DNA from: Octopus sinensis
Lineage: Eukaryota
Direction of reading: 5' to 3'
Assembly: GCF_006345805.1 (NCBI RefSeq)
Contig: NW_021832421.1
Coordinates: 1 to 63,401 of the forward strand
Length of the DNA stretch: 63,401 nt
A program made the translations under genes and the position numbers. The notes under the pieces were generated by a model that searched no databases, was not told where the DNA came from, and worked only from the letters and a program-made list of their open reading frames with translations. Position 1 is the first letter of the stretch, and each line of letters opens with the position of its first letter. Positions 27,242-40,639 of the stretch are shown here, in pieces.

Positions 27242-29878
27242 GTGCTTGTAAGTATGTGTGTGTTGTATATGTATGTATATGTGTGTAGCAATCAGTGCAA
27301 CATTTGCTATATATATACATTAACCGACTTTACAACACCCCCTTCACGGCCAGCCTTCTATTATAGAATTTAAAAAGTGTTATATATACATATATATATA
27401 TGTCTAAACTGTCTGCGTGTATAAATATATATCTATATACATATATGCATGTGTTCCTACAAGCGTCTACAAGTGTATATGTCTGTATAACATGTATGTA
27501 TATATGGGAGTGTGTGTATATATGATTGCCTTTTCGTCGTAACGTTGTCGGCAGCTTCCAACTCTGCCAAAACCTGCCTTGCCAGCAAGCAAGCTGATTG
27601 TTGCTGTTGTTGTTGTTGTTTTAGTAGGTTGAGTAGCAGCAGTAGCAGCTGTGTGGTGGTGGGAGTGGAAGTAGACGGTATGTAGTAGACTGATGGTGGT
27701 GACGGTGGCGGTGATAGCTTTAGTAGAGGCGATGGCGGCGACGGTAGAGATGTTAGTAGAAGTGACACCGGCAATGGTGGTGGTGGGGATGACGTCGGTA
27801 GAGAAGGGTGGCGGTGGTGTTGGTGATGTGATGTTGGTGGAGGTGACGGAGGTGGAAGTGGTGGTGTTGGTGGTAATAGTAAAAGTGATGGTGGTAGTAG
27901 GGGTGTTGTTGTTGTCGGTGGTGGAGTTGAAATGAGTTACGGTGGCAGTGATAGTGAAGGGGTTGATGGTGATGGCGGAGGTGGCAATGTTTGTGGTGGT
28001 GGCGGCGTTAATCGAGTTTGCTGATGATGGTGGTGACGCTTGTAAATGGCGGTAGTGGAAGTGGTGGAGGTGGTGACGGTGGCGCGGTGTTGTTGATGAT
28101 GTTTAGCCCCAGGCCAGCCCTGATCTTGCAAATCTAAGATGACAGGCGTTCCAACTATGACCATACAGTCTTCTTTTGGTGGTGGTGGTGGTGGTGGGGA
28201 GCATTCTTGGATTACTTTATTTAATGAGTCTTTTTATTCAGATAGCTGGATGTGATTTGAGGGAGATTTGGGTGTTATTTCTAGCATGTCGAACGACTTC
28301 GGAGAGGATCCTTCATTGTCTCATGTGACATTGTGTGTATATGTGTGGACATGTGTATACGTCCGTGTGTGTATGCGAATGTACATGCTGTGTGTATGTG
28401 TGCGCGCGTTTGTGCATGGGTGTGCGTGTGCGGAATTGTATGTTGGTGTCTGTGTGTTTGCCTTCGTGTGTGTGTGTGTTTGCGTCCGCATTGTGTATAT
28501 ATGTGTATCCATATGCTGTGTATGTGTTTGTGTGTTGTACAATGTATGTGTGTGTGTGTGTGCTTGTAAGTATGTGTGTGTTGTATATGTATGTATATGT
28601 GTGTAGCAATCAGTGCAACATTTGCTATATATATACATTAACCGACTTTACAACACCCCCTTCACGGCCAGCCTTCTATTATAGAATTTAAAAAGTGTTA
28701 TATATACATATATATATATGTCTAAACTGTCTGCGTGTATAAATATATATCTATATACATATATGCATGTGTTCCTACAAGCGTCTACAAGTGTATATGT
28801 CTGTATAACATGTATGTATATATGGGAGTGTGTGTATATATGATTGCCTTTTCGTCGTAACGTTGTCGGCAGCTTCCAACTCTGCCAAAACCTGCCTTGC
28901 CAGCAAGCAAGCTGATTGTTGCTGTTGTTGTTGTTGTTGTTTTAGTAGGTTGAGTAGCAGCAGTAGCAGCTGTGTGGTGGTGGGAGTGGAAGTAGACGGT
29001 ATGTAGTAGACTGATGGTGGTGACGGTGGCGGTGATAGCTTTAGTAGAGGCGATGGCGGCGACGGTAGAGATGTTAGTAGAAGTGACACCGGCAATGGTG
29101 GTGGTGGGGATGACGTCGGTAGAGAAGGGTGGCGGTGGTGTTGGTGATGTGATGTTGGTGGAGGTGACGGAGGTGGAAGTGGTGGTGTTGGTGGTAATAG
29201 TAAAAGTGATGGTGGTAGTAGGGGTGTTGTTGTTGTCGGTGGTGGAGTTGAAATGAGTTACGGTGGCAGTGATAGTGAAGGGGTTGATGGTGATGGCGGA
29301 GGTGGCAATGTTTGTGGTGGTGGCGGCGTTAATCGAGTTTGCTGATGATGGTGGTGACGCTTGTAAATGGCGGTAGTGGAAGTGGTGGAGGTGGTGACGG
29401 TGGCGCGGTGTTGTTGATGATGTTTAGCCCCAGGCCAGCCCTGATCTTGCAAATCTAAGATGACAGGCGTTCCAACTATGACCATACAGTCTTCTTTTGG
29501 TGGTGGTGGTGGTGGTGGGGAGCATTCTTGGATTACTTTATTTAATGAGTCTTTTTATTCAGATAGCTGGATGTGATTTGAGGGAGATTTGGGTGTTATT
29601 TCTAGCATGTCGAACGACTTCGGAGAGGATCCTTCATTGTCTCATGTGACATTGTGTGTATATGTGTGGACATGTGTATACGTCCGTGTGTGTATGCGAA
29701 TGTACATGCTGTGTGTATGTGTGCGCGCGTTTGTGCATGGGTGTGCGTGTGCGGAATTGTATGTTGGTGTCTGTGTGTTTGCCTTCGTGTGTGTGTGTGT
29801 TTGCGTCCGCATTGTGTATATATGTGTATCCATATGCTGTGTATGTGTTTGTGTGTTGTACAATGTATGTGTGTGTGT
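27242..29878. repeat. Near-perfect 1.32-kb tandem duplication
   Basis: 27242-28559 is repeated at 28560-29878. One extra TTG in the second copy; junctions lie in (TG)n. Confidence 0.93.
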
Positions 29879-30494
29879 GCCGTGCATATCTGCATGTGCT
29901 GCACATATTGTTGGCTATTTTTTAAATCCCAGGTCAATTTTGATTGATCAGACAATCCAACCATGCCAATCCCATCGTTTTAGGGATTTCTCTCTGAAAC
30001 TTTAATGGTGGAGGTGGTGGTGGTTGTAGAAAGGGCGAAGCGGCCAGGATAAACACAATATAAAAAAAATTTCGTAAGAGAGGTCACATGACCGAAACTT
30101 TGTTGTAGTAGTAGTGCTGGTGGTGGTGGTGGTGGTAGTAGTAGTTAAAAGCGGGTATGGTCACGGCTGAAACGCCTTTAGCCGTCGGTCTGCTCAACCA
30201 GGTTTGGCCTGGGGTTAAAAAACACCACCACCACCATCATGACCACTGTCCCCGCCTCCATCATCGTCACCGCAAATCTAACCTCCAGCACCACCGCCAT
30301 TGCAATGGTCAATGCAGTCCTTGCTACACAGAAAGCAGGGGCAGCCATGGCCGGAACACTTTTGATCATAAACAACAGACGATAAAAGGGTGTTGGTTTC
30401 CTCTTTTAGCATTATTTGTGTGGATGGTCACAAGACACCCCACCACCACCTCACACCATCATTGGTTTGGTTTAGCATAAAATGTGTATGGTGG

Positions 30495-30495
30495 C

Positions 30496-30527
<32 letters not shown>

Positions 30528-30531
30528 CAAC

Positions 30532-30563
<32 letters not shown>

Positions 30564-30618
30564 CAGCAGCAACAGTAGTAGTAGTAGTAGTTGTTGTGAT
30601 GGTGGTGGTGGTGGTAAG

Positions 30619-30665
<47 letters not shown>

Positions 30666-30685
30666 GGTAAGGTAGTAGTAGTAAT
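30495..30685. repeat. (TAG)n/(TGG)n trinucleotide microsatellite
   Basis: Direct observation. Confidence 0.92.
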
Positions 30686-30810
30686 GTAAATGTATTCTGC
30701 TGTTGTTCCTCAAAGTGTTTATGTGTGTGTATGTAGTGTTTGTATATGCAATGTTGGTGTATTCTGCATGTATGTGCATGTCTACATAATGGCTATGTGT
30801 ATATGTCACT

Positions 30811-31125
30811 ATCATCATCATCATCATCGTTTAACGTCCATCTTCCATGCATACATGGGTAGGATGGTTGACAGGAACCAACCAGGTAGAAAATCTACCC
30901 CAGGCCACTGTGTCTGTTTTGGCAGGGTTTTGCAGCTGGATGCCCTTCCTAACACCAACCACTCTGCAGAGTAGACTCAGTGCTTTTTACATGGCACCAG
31001 TACAGGTGAGGTTAGTTTTGGCAGGATTTTTACCGCTGGATGCCCTTCCAAATGCCAACCACGTTACAGTGTGGACTGGATGCCTTTAACATGGCAGCAG
31101 CACTGGCAGGGTAACCAAGCAGCTC
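30811..31125 (-). mobile_element. Non-autonomous element or fragment carrying the RTE-type 3' tail
   Basis: (ATC)n tail, then two copies of gctggatgcccttcc..a.ccaaccac, in reverse orientation to the adjacent RTE. Confidence 0.65.
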
Positions 31126-31129
31126 ACAA

Positions 31130-32161
31130 GACAAATTAGTAGCGGGGGCGGGTGTGTTGAAAGTGTAAATGCTAGAGTAAGAATAGCCTGGGCAAAGTTC
31201 AGAGAGCTCTTACCTCTGCTAGTGACAAAAGGCCTCTCGCTCAGAGTAAAAGGCAGACTGTATGACGCATGTGTATGAACAGCCATGCTACATGGCAGTG
31301 AAACATGGGCTGTGACTGCTGAGGATATGCGTAAGCTCGCAAGAAATGAAGCCAGTATGCTCCGGTGGATGTGTAATGTTAGTGTTCATACTCGACAGAG
31401 TGTAAGTACCTTGAGAGAAAAGTTGGACCTAAGAAGCATCAGTTGTGGTATGCAAGAGAGACGTTTGCGCTGGGATGGTCATGTGGCGAGAATGGATGAA
31501 GATAGTTGTATGAAAAAGTGCCACACCCTAGCAGTTGAGGGAACCTGTGGAAGAGGTAGACCCAGGTAAACCTGGGATGAGGTGGTGAAGCACGACCTTC
31601 GAACTTTAGGTCTCACCAAGGAAATGACTAGAGACCAAGACCTTTGGAAGTATGCTGTGCGTGAGAAGACCCGTTAGGACAAGTGAGACCATAACCCGTG
31701 GCCTCTACATGGGATGTAGCCAGTCCACTTATGCATATCTTTCCTTCTTGGGACACAAAACTCTACTTGTGAAGACCTGTTGAGACAAGTGAAAATCAAA
31801 ATCAAAATCAAAATCGATCAACATAAATGGAAATTGTAGCTGTGATACCAAAGCCGGTGCCACATAAGAGAACCATCCGAACGTGGCCATTGCCAGCGCC
31901 GCCCCGACTGGCCTCCGTGCCGGTGGCACGTAAAAAGCACCATCCGATCGTGGCTGTCTGCCAGCCTCGTCTGGCACCTGTGCTGGTGGCACGTAGAAAG
32001 CATCCACTACACTCACGGAGTGGTTGGCGTTAGGAAGGGCATTCAGCCGTAGAAACATTGCCAGATCAAACTGGGCCTGGTGCAGCCTTCTGGCTTCCCA
32101 GACCCCAGTTGAACCGTCCAACCCATGCTAGCATGGAAAGCGGACGCTAAACGATGATGAT
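31130..32161 (+). mobile_element. RTE-clade LINE 3' portion with hairpin-repeat 3' UTR and (GAT)n tail
   Basis: ARVRIAWAKFREL, MLHGSETW, RRLRWDGHVARM, GRGRPR. Ends ...ggacgctaaacgatgatgat. Confidence 0.92.
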
Positions 32162-32284
32162 ATATATACACACCTGTCTGTCTGTCTGTTTGCTTATCTA
32201 TCTATCCATCCATCCATCCATACACCCACCCACGAAGCCACTCACCCACCTAACTACCTACATACCTATCTATCTATCTCTCCC

Positions 32285-32321
<37 letters not shown>

Positions 32322-33297
32322 ATATATATATATATATATATATATCTGGATGTGCCTGTATGTCAGTGTAATATCTGTGTATCTGTATATAGAGGTGGAT
32401 GTAATGTACGTGTGTGTTTGTGTCTGCATATATAACATGGATTGATTGTGTGTGTGGCATTTAATGAATGTGTAGCGATAGTTGTGATGGTGGTGGTGGT
32501 GTCAGTAATACTGTTGTTTTGGTTGTTGTGTTGTCCCCTCATTAGCAGACATAGGGCCAAACAATGACTAAATGATGTCCCCTAAATCTGCCTTTGCAGT
32601 TATACCCTTTCTCCATCCAGAGACAGCCACACTACATCTCTATATCTCTGGCAGTGATGAACTGTATGGTGAAGGGGCGTGGGGGCGGGGAGTTTGACAG
32701 TTTGGACATATGGTACTCTCTACCTAGAGTGTCCAGATTACAGTGTCAACACTTATTGACACTGGGTCAGGACCACCAAATTGAGGACACAGTGTCACAA
32801 CCCAAGAAACAAATGGCCAAGATTCAGAGGTTATCAAATTAAGGTCAAGGGTCAGGAACTTCAAATGAGTTTACAGGAAAGGAACAATCAAATTGAGGTC
32901 CGCGATGATTTCTACCGGACATTGAAATAAAGAATGAAATTCAGTTGAATCCTGCAAGAGATTAAAATAGAAATGAAGAAACGAGAGGAAGTTTGCCACA
33001 TTTGCCTGCAATGACAGGAAGCTTCTACTGCATAAAGAAAGACATTTTTAATCTCTTCCAAAAATGTTGCTTTCTTAGAGAAATCATGATTTTCTTACAA
33101 GATGGTGTTTAGAAATGCCTGAGAATTCCATGTGAGAATTTCACTATGAAAAGTTCAAAAGTTATCTGTCATATGACAGATGTGTGTGGGTGAGTATGTG
33201 TGTATGTGTGTGTATAGGTGTGGGTGTGTTTGTGAAGGTGGGAGAGAGAGAGTGTGTGTGAGTGTGTGTGTGAATGTGTGTGTATGAATGTGTGTGT

Positions 33298-33340
<43 letters not shown>

Positions 33341-33594
33341 TAATTATTTAACATTGACTTTTCCATGGTTGCACGCATCAGAGACAATTGGTTAACGCAG
33401 ATTTTCTACGGTTGGCTGCCTTTCCAATTGCCAACCCTCACCTGTTTCCAAGCAAGCTAATATTTCCCCACGAACATGTTTTCCATGCAAAACAAACAAT
33501 ATCAGTTGTATGATGATGATGATGATCATCATCATCATCATCATTTACAACCATCTCATAATGTCCAGACAAGGGTACACACAAACACACACAG

Positions 33595-33762
33595 AGTTAA
33601 TTATGACTTTTATCCAACATATTCCCCCTCTCAGATTCACACACTTATTGCAGTGGTCCTTCAGTTTTTCTAAACCCTGTAAATGAACTTGGAAGGTTGG
33701 GCCCCCAACCAGGCCTTTTGCAATACCCTTAAAGCTAGGAACTTTACAGCACCCCTTTGTAT
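33595..33762 (-). mobile_element. Mariner-derived non-autonomous fragment
   Basis: GLEKLKDHCNKCVNLRGEYVG resembles a mariner C-terminus. TA-caaaggggtgctgtaaagttcc TIR-like end. Confidence 0.6.
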
Positions 33763-33775
33763 ATGCATACATACA

Positions 33776-33807
<32 letters not shown>

Positions 33808-33849
33808 TGTGTGCGTGCATGTGTGTGTGTGTGTGTGTTATTCCACAGC

Positions 33850-35330
33850 TCTACATGAAGAGATAGCAACTATTGGTTACATCAAACTAAAGGTAACAGA
33901 CTCTGGCACTGAAGGGTTCCCAATTATTCTCCTTAAAAAATGCAAATAGCTCTGAGCAAGACCACTGCTGATCCTCCTCTTCCAAAGCTTCACTGCAAGT
34001 GGTAGGGTTCCCAAAACATCAAAAAAGGACATAATATGTCCCATCCATAAAGGAAGAAACAGGGCTGACGTTAACAATTACAAGCCTGTCTCTCTAACCT
34101 CACATGTCAGGAAAATCATGAAATGAATTGTTGTGGGGAAGCTGATTACATTCCTAGAAGAGAATGATTTGCTCTGACACCCAGCATGGCTTCTGCTCAG
34201 GAAGAAGCTGCTTTACACAGCTTCTACAGCACTATGACTGGGTGTGGAAACAACTTATGAATCACTCAAATATGGGTACGATCCATCTCAATTTTGCAAT
34301 GACCTTTGATAAAGATTGGTCATGGAATGATATATCACCAGCTATGATGACCCAGTATAGCTGAGAAATTGGGAGAGTGGTTAGATGACTTCTTAAAAGA
34401 CAGAAGCCAGGCTATGGCAGCCAATGGAGCCTTCTCAAAGAAGACATTAATAGCAAGATAGTAAGTGGAGTGCTTCAGGGAACTGTCTTAGGGTCACTGC
34501 TGTTTGTGCTAAACAGGCAGCCAATCTTACTAGTTATGCTGACAACACGAAAGTAGCACAGACAGTCAAGAATACTCTTGAAGCTAATCTTCTACTGAAA
34601 TGTCTGGATCTCTCATATATAAATTGGCAGAAGAAAACAATATGTAGTTTAATGCAGGAAAATTCCAAGCCCTCTGCTCTCAGCCAACTTGTGCCAACTC
34701 AGTACAACAAAGATGTTTTGGACCAGAAAGAAAGGCAATCCCAGAGGTAAACTCAGAGTATGACCTGAGGATTGCTTTGAGCAACCATGCTTTGTTTCAT
34801 GTACATAACCCTAAGAAAGTGCTGGTGAATGGCTTGATGGATTCTGAGAACTTTCAGAACAAAGGATCGGGAAACTATACTGGTCCTATGGAGGGTGTTT
34901 GTCCTCAGCCATCTAGACAACCACTCTTGGTTATGATTGCCCCTAACAGTGTCAAACAAATAGCAGAACCTGATGCAATTCAATGGTGCTACACCAAGAA
35001 GATTGCTTCAATGAGACAACTGAGCTATGGGGAGAGGCAGAAAGAATTGAAAGGACAAGAGAGATTCTGGAGGGGCTGGCACCAAACCTTTGCATCAAAA
35101 GTTATGACAAACCCAAACAGGAAATCACTGCACAGTGCTAAAAGACTCAACCACCCCATCTAGAGTAAGGACCAGGTACTGCAATAGTTTGGGTTTTAAG
35201 GTCCTATAGCTGTTTAATATCTTGCCAAAAAACCCAGAGAGATCTACATGGAATGGGGGTTGATATATTCAAGAAGAATGAGCTTTTATCGCAGGAAACA
35301 ACTCAAATGAGGGCTGCAACATCAAACTTC
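33850..35330 (+). mobile_element. Heavily decayed CR1/L2-group LINE RT
   Basis: GFPIILLKKC, ICPIHKG..RADVNNYKPVSLTS, QHGFCSGRSCFTQLL, LNFAMTFDK, SGVLQGTVLGSLLF, YADNTK, with many stops and frameshifts. Confidence 0.85.
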
Positions 35331-35638
35331 CTTATTTATCAAAGGCCAAACAATAAGAGAATGACCATTGGAAAGTTAATGAACATGGTGATGTCCCAAC
35401 TTGACCACAGTCTTTGGCCTAGAACACCTAAAGGAATATATATATATATATATACATATATACATACATACATATATATATATAAAATATTCTATAATTA
35501 TAACTATAATTATAATCAGGGGTCAGCTAATTGCTTTGCCACATACTGAATTTAGAAATAATGTACCAAACTACATGGTAAAATTATTAATTGATTAATT
35601 AATTAATTAATTTTACCCTTTCGTTATTATTGATATAT

Positions 35639-35702
<64 letters not shown>

Positions 35703-36434
35703 GGCATTGAACATTTTGGGGATCCTTTGGTTATGCTTAAGATCACAGCACTTCCACACCCCTGGGCCTACAACCTATAGTGGCACTGGATATCTTGCCT
35801 TAGCTTATCCCTGGATTATGCCAATAGTGTAGAGAGAGTCTGTGAGGTGTTGTGTAAGCCTTATTGGTCCCAAAACTTAAGGTTGTGCAATTGCTGGTGA
35901 GGTGACTTTTCAATGCTCCATGGAGAAAGAGGGCACAACAGGGAGCATGGAAGCGACATGCATGAACGTGGGTAAAGCCAAGGGTGTAATGACCTCATGC
36001 ATGGGCATTACTGGCATTTTGCATGGACAGTGGTCAGTGATGGTCTTCCTCTGTCACCAGCGGACAGCCATCATCATCGTGTGTGTGATTGTGCATGTCT
36101 GTGTGTGTGTTCTGTCTTAATGAACTGTTTCACGGCTATTTGATGATAATGATGCTGGTGACAGCATTAGTGATGATGGAGGCAGTAATGAAAGCAGTTG
36201 TGCTAATGGTGGTGATGATGAAATATGACAATGCTGATCACAATCATGATGGTAATGATGGTGGTGAAAGGAGCAAACCACCACCGCCACCATCACTATT
36301 CACTATTTCACTTCAGTCCTTCTCCCTCATTAAGTTATCTTCTGCTATAAATACTTTACTATTAAAGGGAAAGGGAAGGCTTGTGTTATTAAAATTAGTC
36401 CAAGCTTTGATAATCCTGACCTACTTCTTACATA

Positions 36435-36469
<35 letters not shown>

Positions 36470-36523
36470 AAAATGGTTTGATAGTTAGGTAAGTAAAGAC
36501 ATTCATGTGTGTTTATGTGTATG

Positions 36524-36639
<116 letters not shown>

Positions 36640-36701
36640 ATGTATATATGTATGTTAATATATATAGTTATATGAATATATTATGTATGTATGCATGTAT
36701 G

Positions 36702-36732
<31 letters not shown>

Positions 36733-37378
36733 TTGGTGTACTGACAATATATTTTGACCAAAATGTGCAGGTCAGAACAGAAAGGGCCAATACGTACCAA
36801 GTGACCCAGTCTCTATGGGCCTGCAGTTTTTAGGGAACCTACATCTCCTGATGAAGGTAAAAAAGAGGTCTCTTCGTTAAAAGAGAATTTACTTTCTTCA
36901 TGAATTGCTCCAGTTATTTCATTCTGTTCTGTTATATGTTAGTACGTAATGTATGCTACATGTTTGTATATATTACATGTGCATGTATATACCTGTAACT
37001 CATAGAAATTATATGTATATAGTACTGATTAGAGAATTATTTAATGAACAAATTAAAATGGAATCTGTATTTTAAAATTTGTCCTGTATTTATTACATGT
37101 TAATAATGATAATAAAAGTTTCTCCTAAAGGCACAAGGGGACTAGTCGATTACATCAACCCCAGTGTTTCACTGGTACTTAATTTATTAGCCCCAAAAGT
37201 ATGAAAGGCAAAGTCAACCTTGGTGGAATTTGAACTCAGAATGTAGCAGCAAATGAAATACTGCTAAGCATTTCATCCAGTACGCTAACAATTCTACCAT
37301 TTCGCTGCTGCTCTGTTGCTAATAATAATAATAATAATAATAATAACAATAATAATGATGATAATGATGATGATGATG

Positions 37379-37431
<53 letters not shown>

Positions 37432-37432
<1 letters not shown>

Positions 37433-37880
37433 TGTCCCAATCGACATAAATGTATCTGTCAAGACCTACAAGAAACTGAGCAAGTATAAAGATCTTGAAA
37501 TAGAAATTGACAAAATGTGAAACTTCAGGACTAAAGCAATACCTGTTGTCATGGGTGCCCTAGTAATGATAGTAAAAGGTGCTGATTTCTACCTAGCTCA
37601 GATACCAGATACCCCAAAATGGCAGAAATTCAAATGATAGCACTCATGGGAACTGCCCATATCCTACATAACATACTATCTATGTAATCTCAAATTTTAA
37701 AACAAACTCATAATTTTCTTGTTTTCTTAAATATTCTCTAGAACAATACTAAGTACAATACCAAATATATGGCACCCTAGGCTTAATACAAATATGAACT
37801 TCTAACTTGTTATCTCTTGAGGTCTTTGGGTGAGACTTGGAGCCAACTTGTACAAATACAAAGCAAAAGTCAAACATATA
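37432..37880 (+). mobile_element. R4/Dong-like LINE 3' end (restriction-like endonuclease tail) inserted in (AAT)n
   Basis: VPIDINVSVKTYKKLSKYKDLEIEIDKM*NFRTKAIPVVMGAL.../EIQMIALMGTAHILHNILSM*. Flanked on both sides by (AAT)n. Confidence 0.8.
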
Positions 37881-38599
37881 GTAATAACAATAATAATAAT
37901 AATAATAATAATGATAGTAAACTTATTGTATACAGTGTTCAGGTGCACCACAGCTCATTAGAGAAGGTAGTCAAAAGTGCATGAACAGTCGACAGAATAG
38001 TGCAGAGAACGAGAGACAGGAAAGTGAAGAGTGAATCCATATCTATAAACGGGAGGAAGTGTGTGTGTGTGTGTGTGTACATGAATGTACTTTATGCACG
38101 TCCACAAATTAGCACACATGTTGCTCCAATTTTAGGAGGACATAGGTCACAACCATGGCTGTGCTTTTGTCAAATTATTTTTCCCGAGGCATCTCTGGAT
38201 AGTGGTAAAAATAGCTTTTCAACCATGACTTTTACCAATTTTCATGTTGGTGAAATCCGTAAGTTTGCTAACATGAGTTAAGTCCCCTCTCTTATAGATT
38301 AATTCACCCTACTACAATGCCTCTGAAAAAAATTAGATTTGGACTACCTAAGCAATCTCAATGTAAGAAAAAGAGAAAGAGCTGAAGAGACTGGCTATCA
38401 GCAGACCCATTAGTAAAATATTATAACTTTTTGGACCGAAACCTGGCAATAAGTGCTTACGGATATTCCGCTACAAGACATTCAATAATATCGAAGCAGT
38501 AACTTTTGTAAATCAGGGTGTAATTTTTTAAGACTCTTTCTGAATGCAGTCAAGGAGAGGTATTTCTGTTAGTTGGTCATTAAAAAGAAAAAGAAAAGG

Positions 38600-38905
38600 A
38601 ATATCAATTGTGGTGTTGCTGAATTTTGGGAAGCATGGAAGAAGTTTTGAAGGATACAGTGTACCCTGACAGGTAACAACTAATGCAGGGAGTTTATTCC
38701 ATGCTTCTGCAATACTAAGCATGAAACAATAATGCTTCCAAAAGTCATTGGTCCTGAACTATTTTTTGTGATTTTCTAAGCATGACCATGGGTGCTGGAC
38801 AAAACATATGGAATTCAAAAAGGTTCCCAAGGTTGTTGTGGGAAAGATGGTGGATAATCTTGTGGGTGTCTACCAAGTAAGTTGCCAGACATCAGAGCTT
38901 TAATG
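38600..38905 (-). mobile_element. CR1-like LINE 3' fragment
   Basis: Minus strand reads YKIIHHL...HGHA*KI...SIAEAWNKLPALVV, the typical CR1 ORF2 end. Confidence 0.65.
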
Positions 38906-39179
38906 CGTTTGTGCTAATATTTTACATCTTACCTGAGCCTATCATCAGTTGAAGTCGGATCTATAGTTTATACCTGGCCTTGGCTTAGTAACAGTTCAAT
39001 TTACTAGAAACTATTTGGTTCTGACTGTATTGAAATGAGGGGGGGGGGAGGCATGGTCATGACTGGATTGTCTTGAATGTGCTTGATTGTAGTCTGCTCA
39101 ATGAGTATTGACCGAGGGCTAAACAACAACAACAGCAACAATCTGTTTTAAGTTATTTATTCATAATATTGGTTTCAAA

Positions 39180-39385
39180 TATTGGCACAAGGCCAGCAAT
39201 TTAAGGGGAAGAGATAAGTCAATTACATGGACCCCAGTATACAGCTGGTATTTATTTTATCAAGCCCCAAAAGGATGAAAGGTAATGTCAACCTCGGCGA
39301 AATTTGAACTCAGAACATAGCAACGGGCAAAATACCACTACGCATTTCGTCCAGCGTGCTAAGGATTCTGCCAGCTCACTGCCTT
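39180..39385 (-). mobile_element. tRNA-derived SINE family B
   Basis: Colinear with 2742-2921; abuts an (AAT)n tract. Confidence 0.8.
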
Positions 39386-39457
39386 AATAATAATAACAAT
39401 TATAATAATAATTATAGTAATAATAATAATAATATAATAATAATAATAATAATAATA

Positions 39458-39488
<31 letters not shown>

Positions 39489-39608
39489 TATAATAATAAC
39501 AATAATAATAATAATAATTATAATAATTATAATAATTATAATAATAATTATAATAATAACAATAATAATAATAATAATTATAATAATAACAATAATAATT
39601 ATAATAAT

Positions 39609-39658
<50 letters not shown>

Positions 39659-39703
39659 TGATGATAACAACAACAACAACAACAACAACAATAATAATAA
39701 TAA
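39386..39703. repeat. (AAT)n/(AAC)n microsatellite
   Basis: Direct observation; source of the poly-Ile and poly-Tyr ORFs. Confidence 0.95.
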
Positions 39704-40045
39704 CCTTTTCTACTATAGGCACAAGACCTGAAATTTGAGGGGAGGGGGATAGTCAATTACAATGATCCTCAGTACTTGACTGGTACTTAATTTATCAACC
39801 TTGAAAGGCAAAACAGACCGTGGCACAATTTGAACTCAGAATGTGAAGATGGACAAAATACCACATTTTGTCCAGTTGGCATGGTACTGGTTCTGCCAGC
39901 TCAGCTTCTGATTCAAGCAGAAAGCCAAGAATTTTGAGAGGAGGGGCTTAGTTGATACACTCAACCCCAGCATTTGACTGGCATTTTTATTGTATTGATA
40001 CCAAAAAAAAAATACAAAATGAATAGTGAAGTTTACCATTGCAAT

Positions 40046-40318
40046 TATTTACATTATTTACATTTGACGGATATTTGTCCTCATCTTGTTTGTTGTTAAC
40101 ACAACGTTTCAGCTGATATACCCTCCAGCCTTCATTAGGTGTCTTAGGGAAATTTCGAACCTGGGTTCTCATTCCTAAGGTATTTTTCAATATTATTATT
40201 ATTCAGGTCACTGCCTGGAATTGAACTGGGAATCTTGGGGTTAGTAGCCCGCGCTTTTAACCACTACGTCATATGTAAATAATGTACATAATTCCTCATC
40301 TCTTAAATATAGAACTGT
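40046..40318 (-). mobile_element. Short element: tRNA-like head + hammerhead-bearing tail + inverted terminal segment
   Basis: Minus strand gacgtagtggttaa...agttcaattccaggc (A/B boxes), then CTaATGA-ggctg/cagct-GAAACGTT. Related copies at 14731-14905 (-) and 17361-17538 (+). Confidence 0.7.
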
Positions 40319-40639
40319 TTTACTATTGTCAGGTTTGAACTCAGAAATAAACAGCAAGGCACTTTTGTCTGATGCCCTACAAATTCTGAGAGTCCGTTAC
40401 TCTCAATTGTGAACACTTGAATCACTATTAATGAGACTTTGGTTGCTTTGATGCCAGAAGGTGGACTTCTGGCAGCGAGCACCTTGAGTGGGAATACTTG
40501 TTGGAGGAAGTCAGTTGCTTTCATTTATTTATTTAGGTCAAAAGTGATTCTTAGAAATTAGTTCTTCCTTTGTACATCAACTTCAGGGGAAATGGATTGA
40601 ATGGTGTACACCAACAATTTCTTAATTATTTTAAATTGA

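Noticed and set aside
27457-28164. Pro/Gln/Thr-rich ORFs as a transcription-factor exon
   Set aside because: They derive from degenerate (GGT)n/(TTG)n repeats, with no domain or convincing splice structure.
40205-40272. Functional tRNA gene
   Set aside because: No acceptor stem or poly-T terminator, and it is embedded in a repeat. The same applies to the heads of SINE families A and B.
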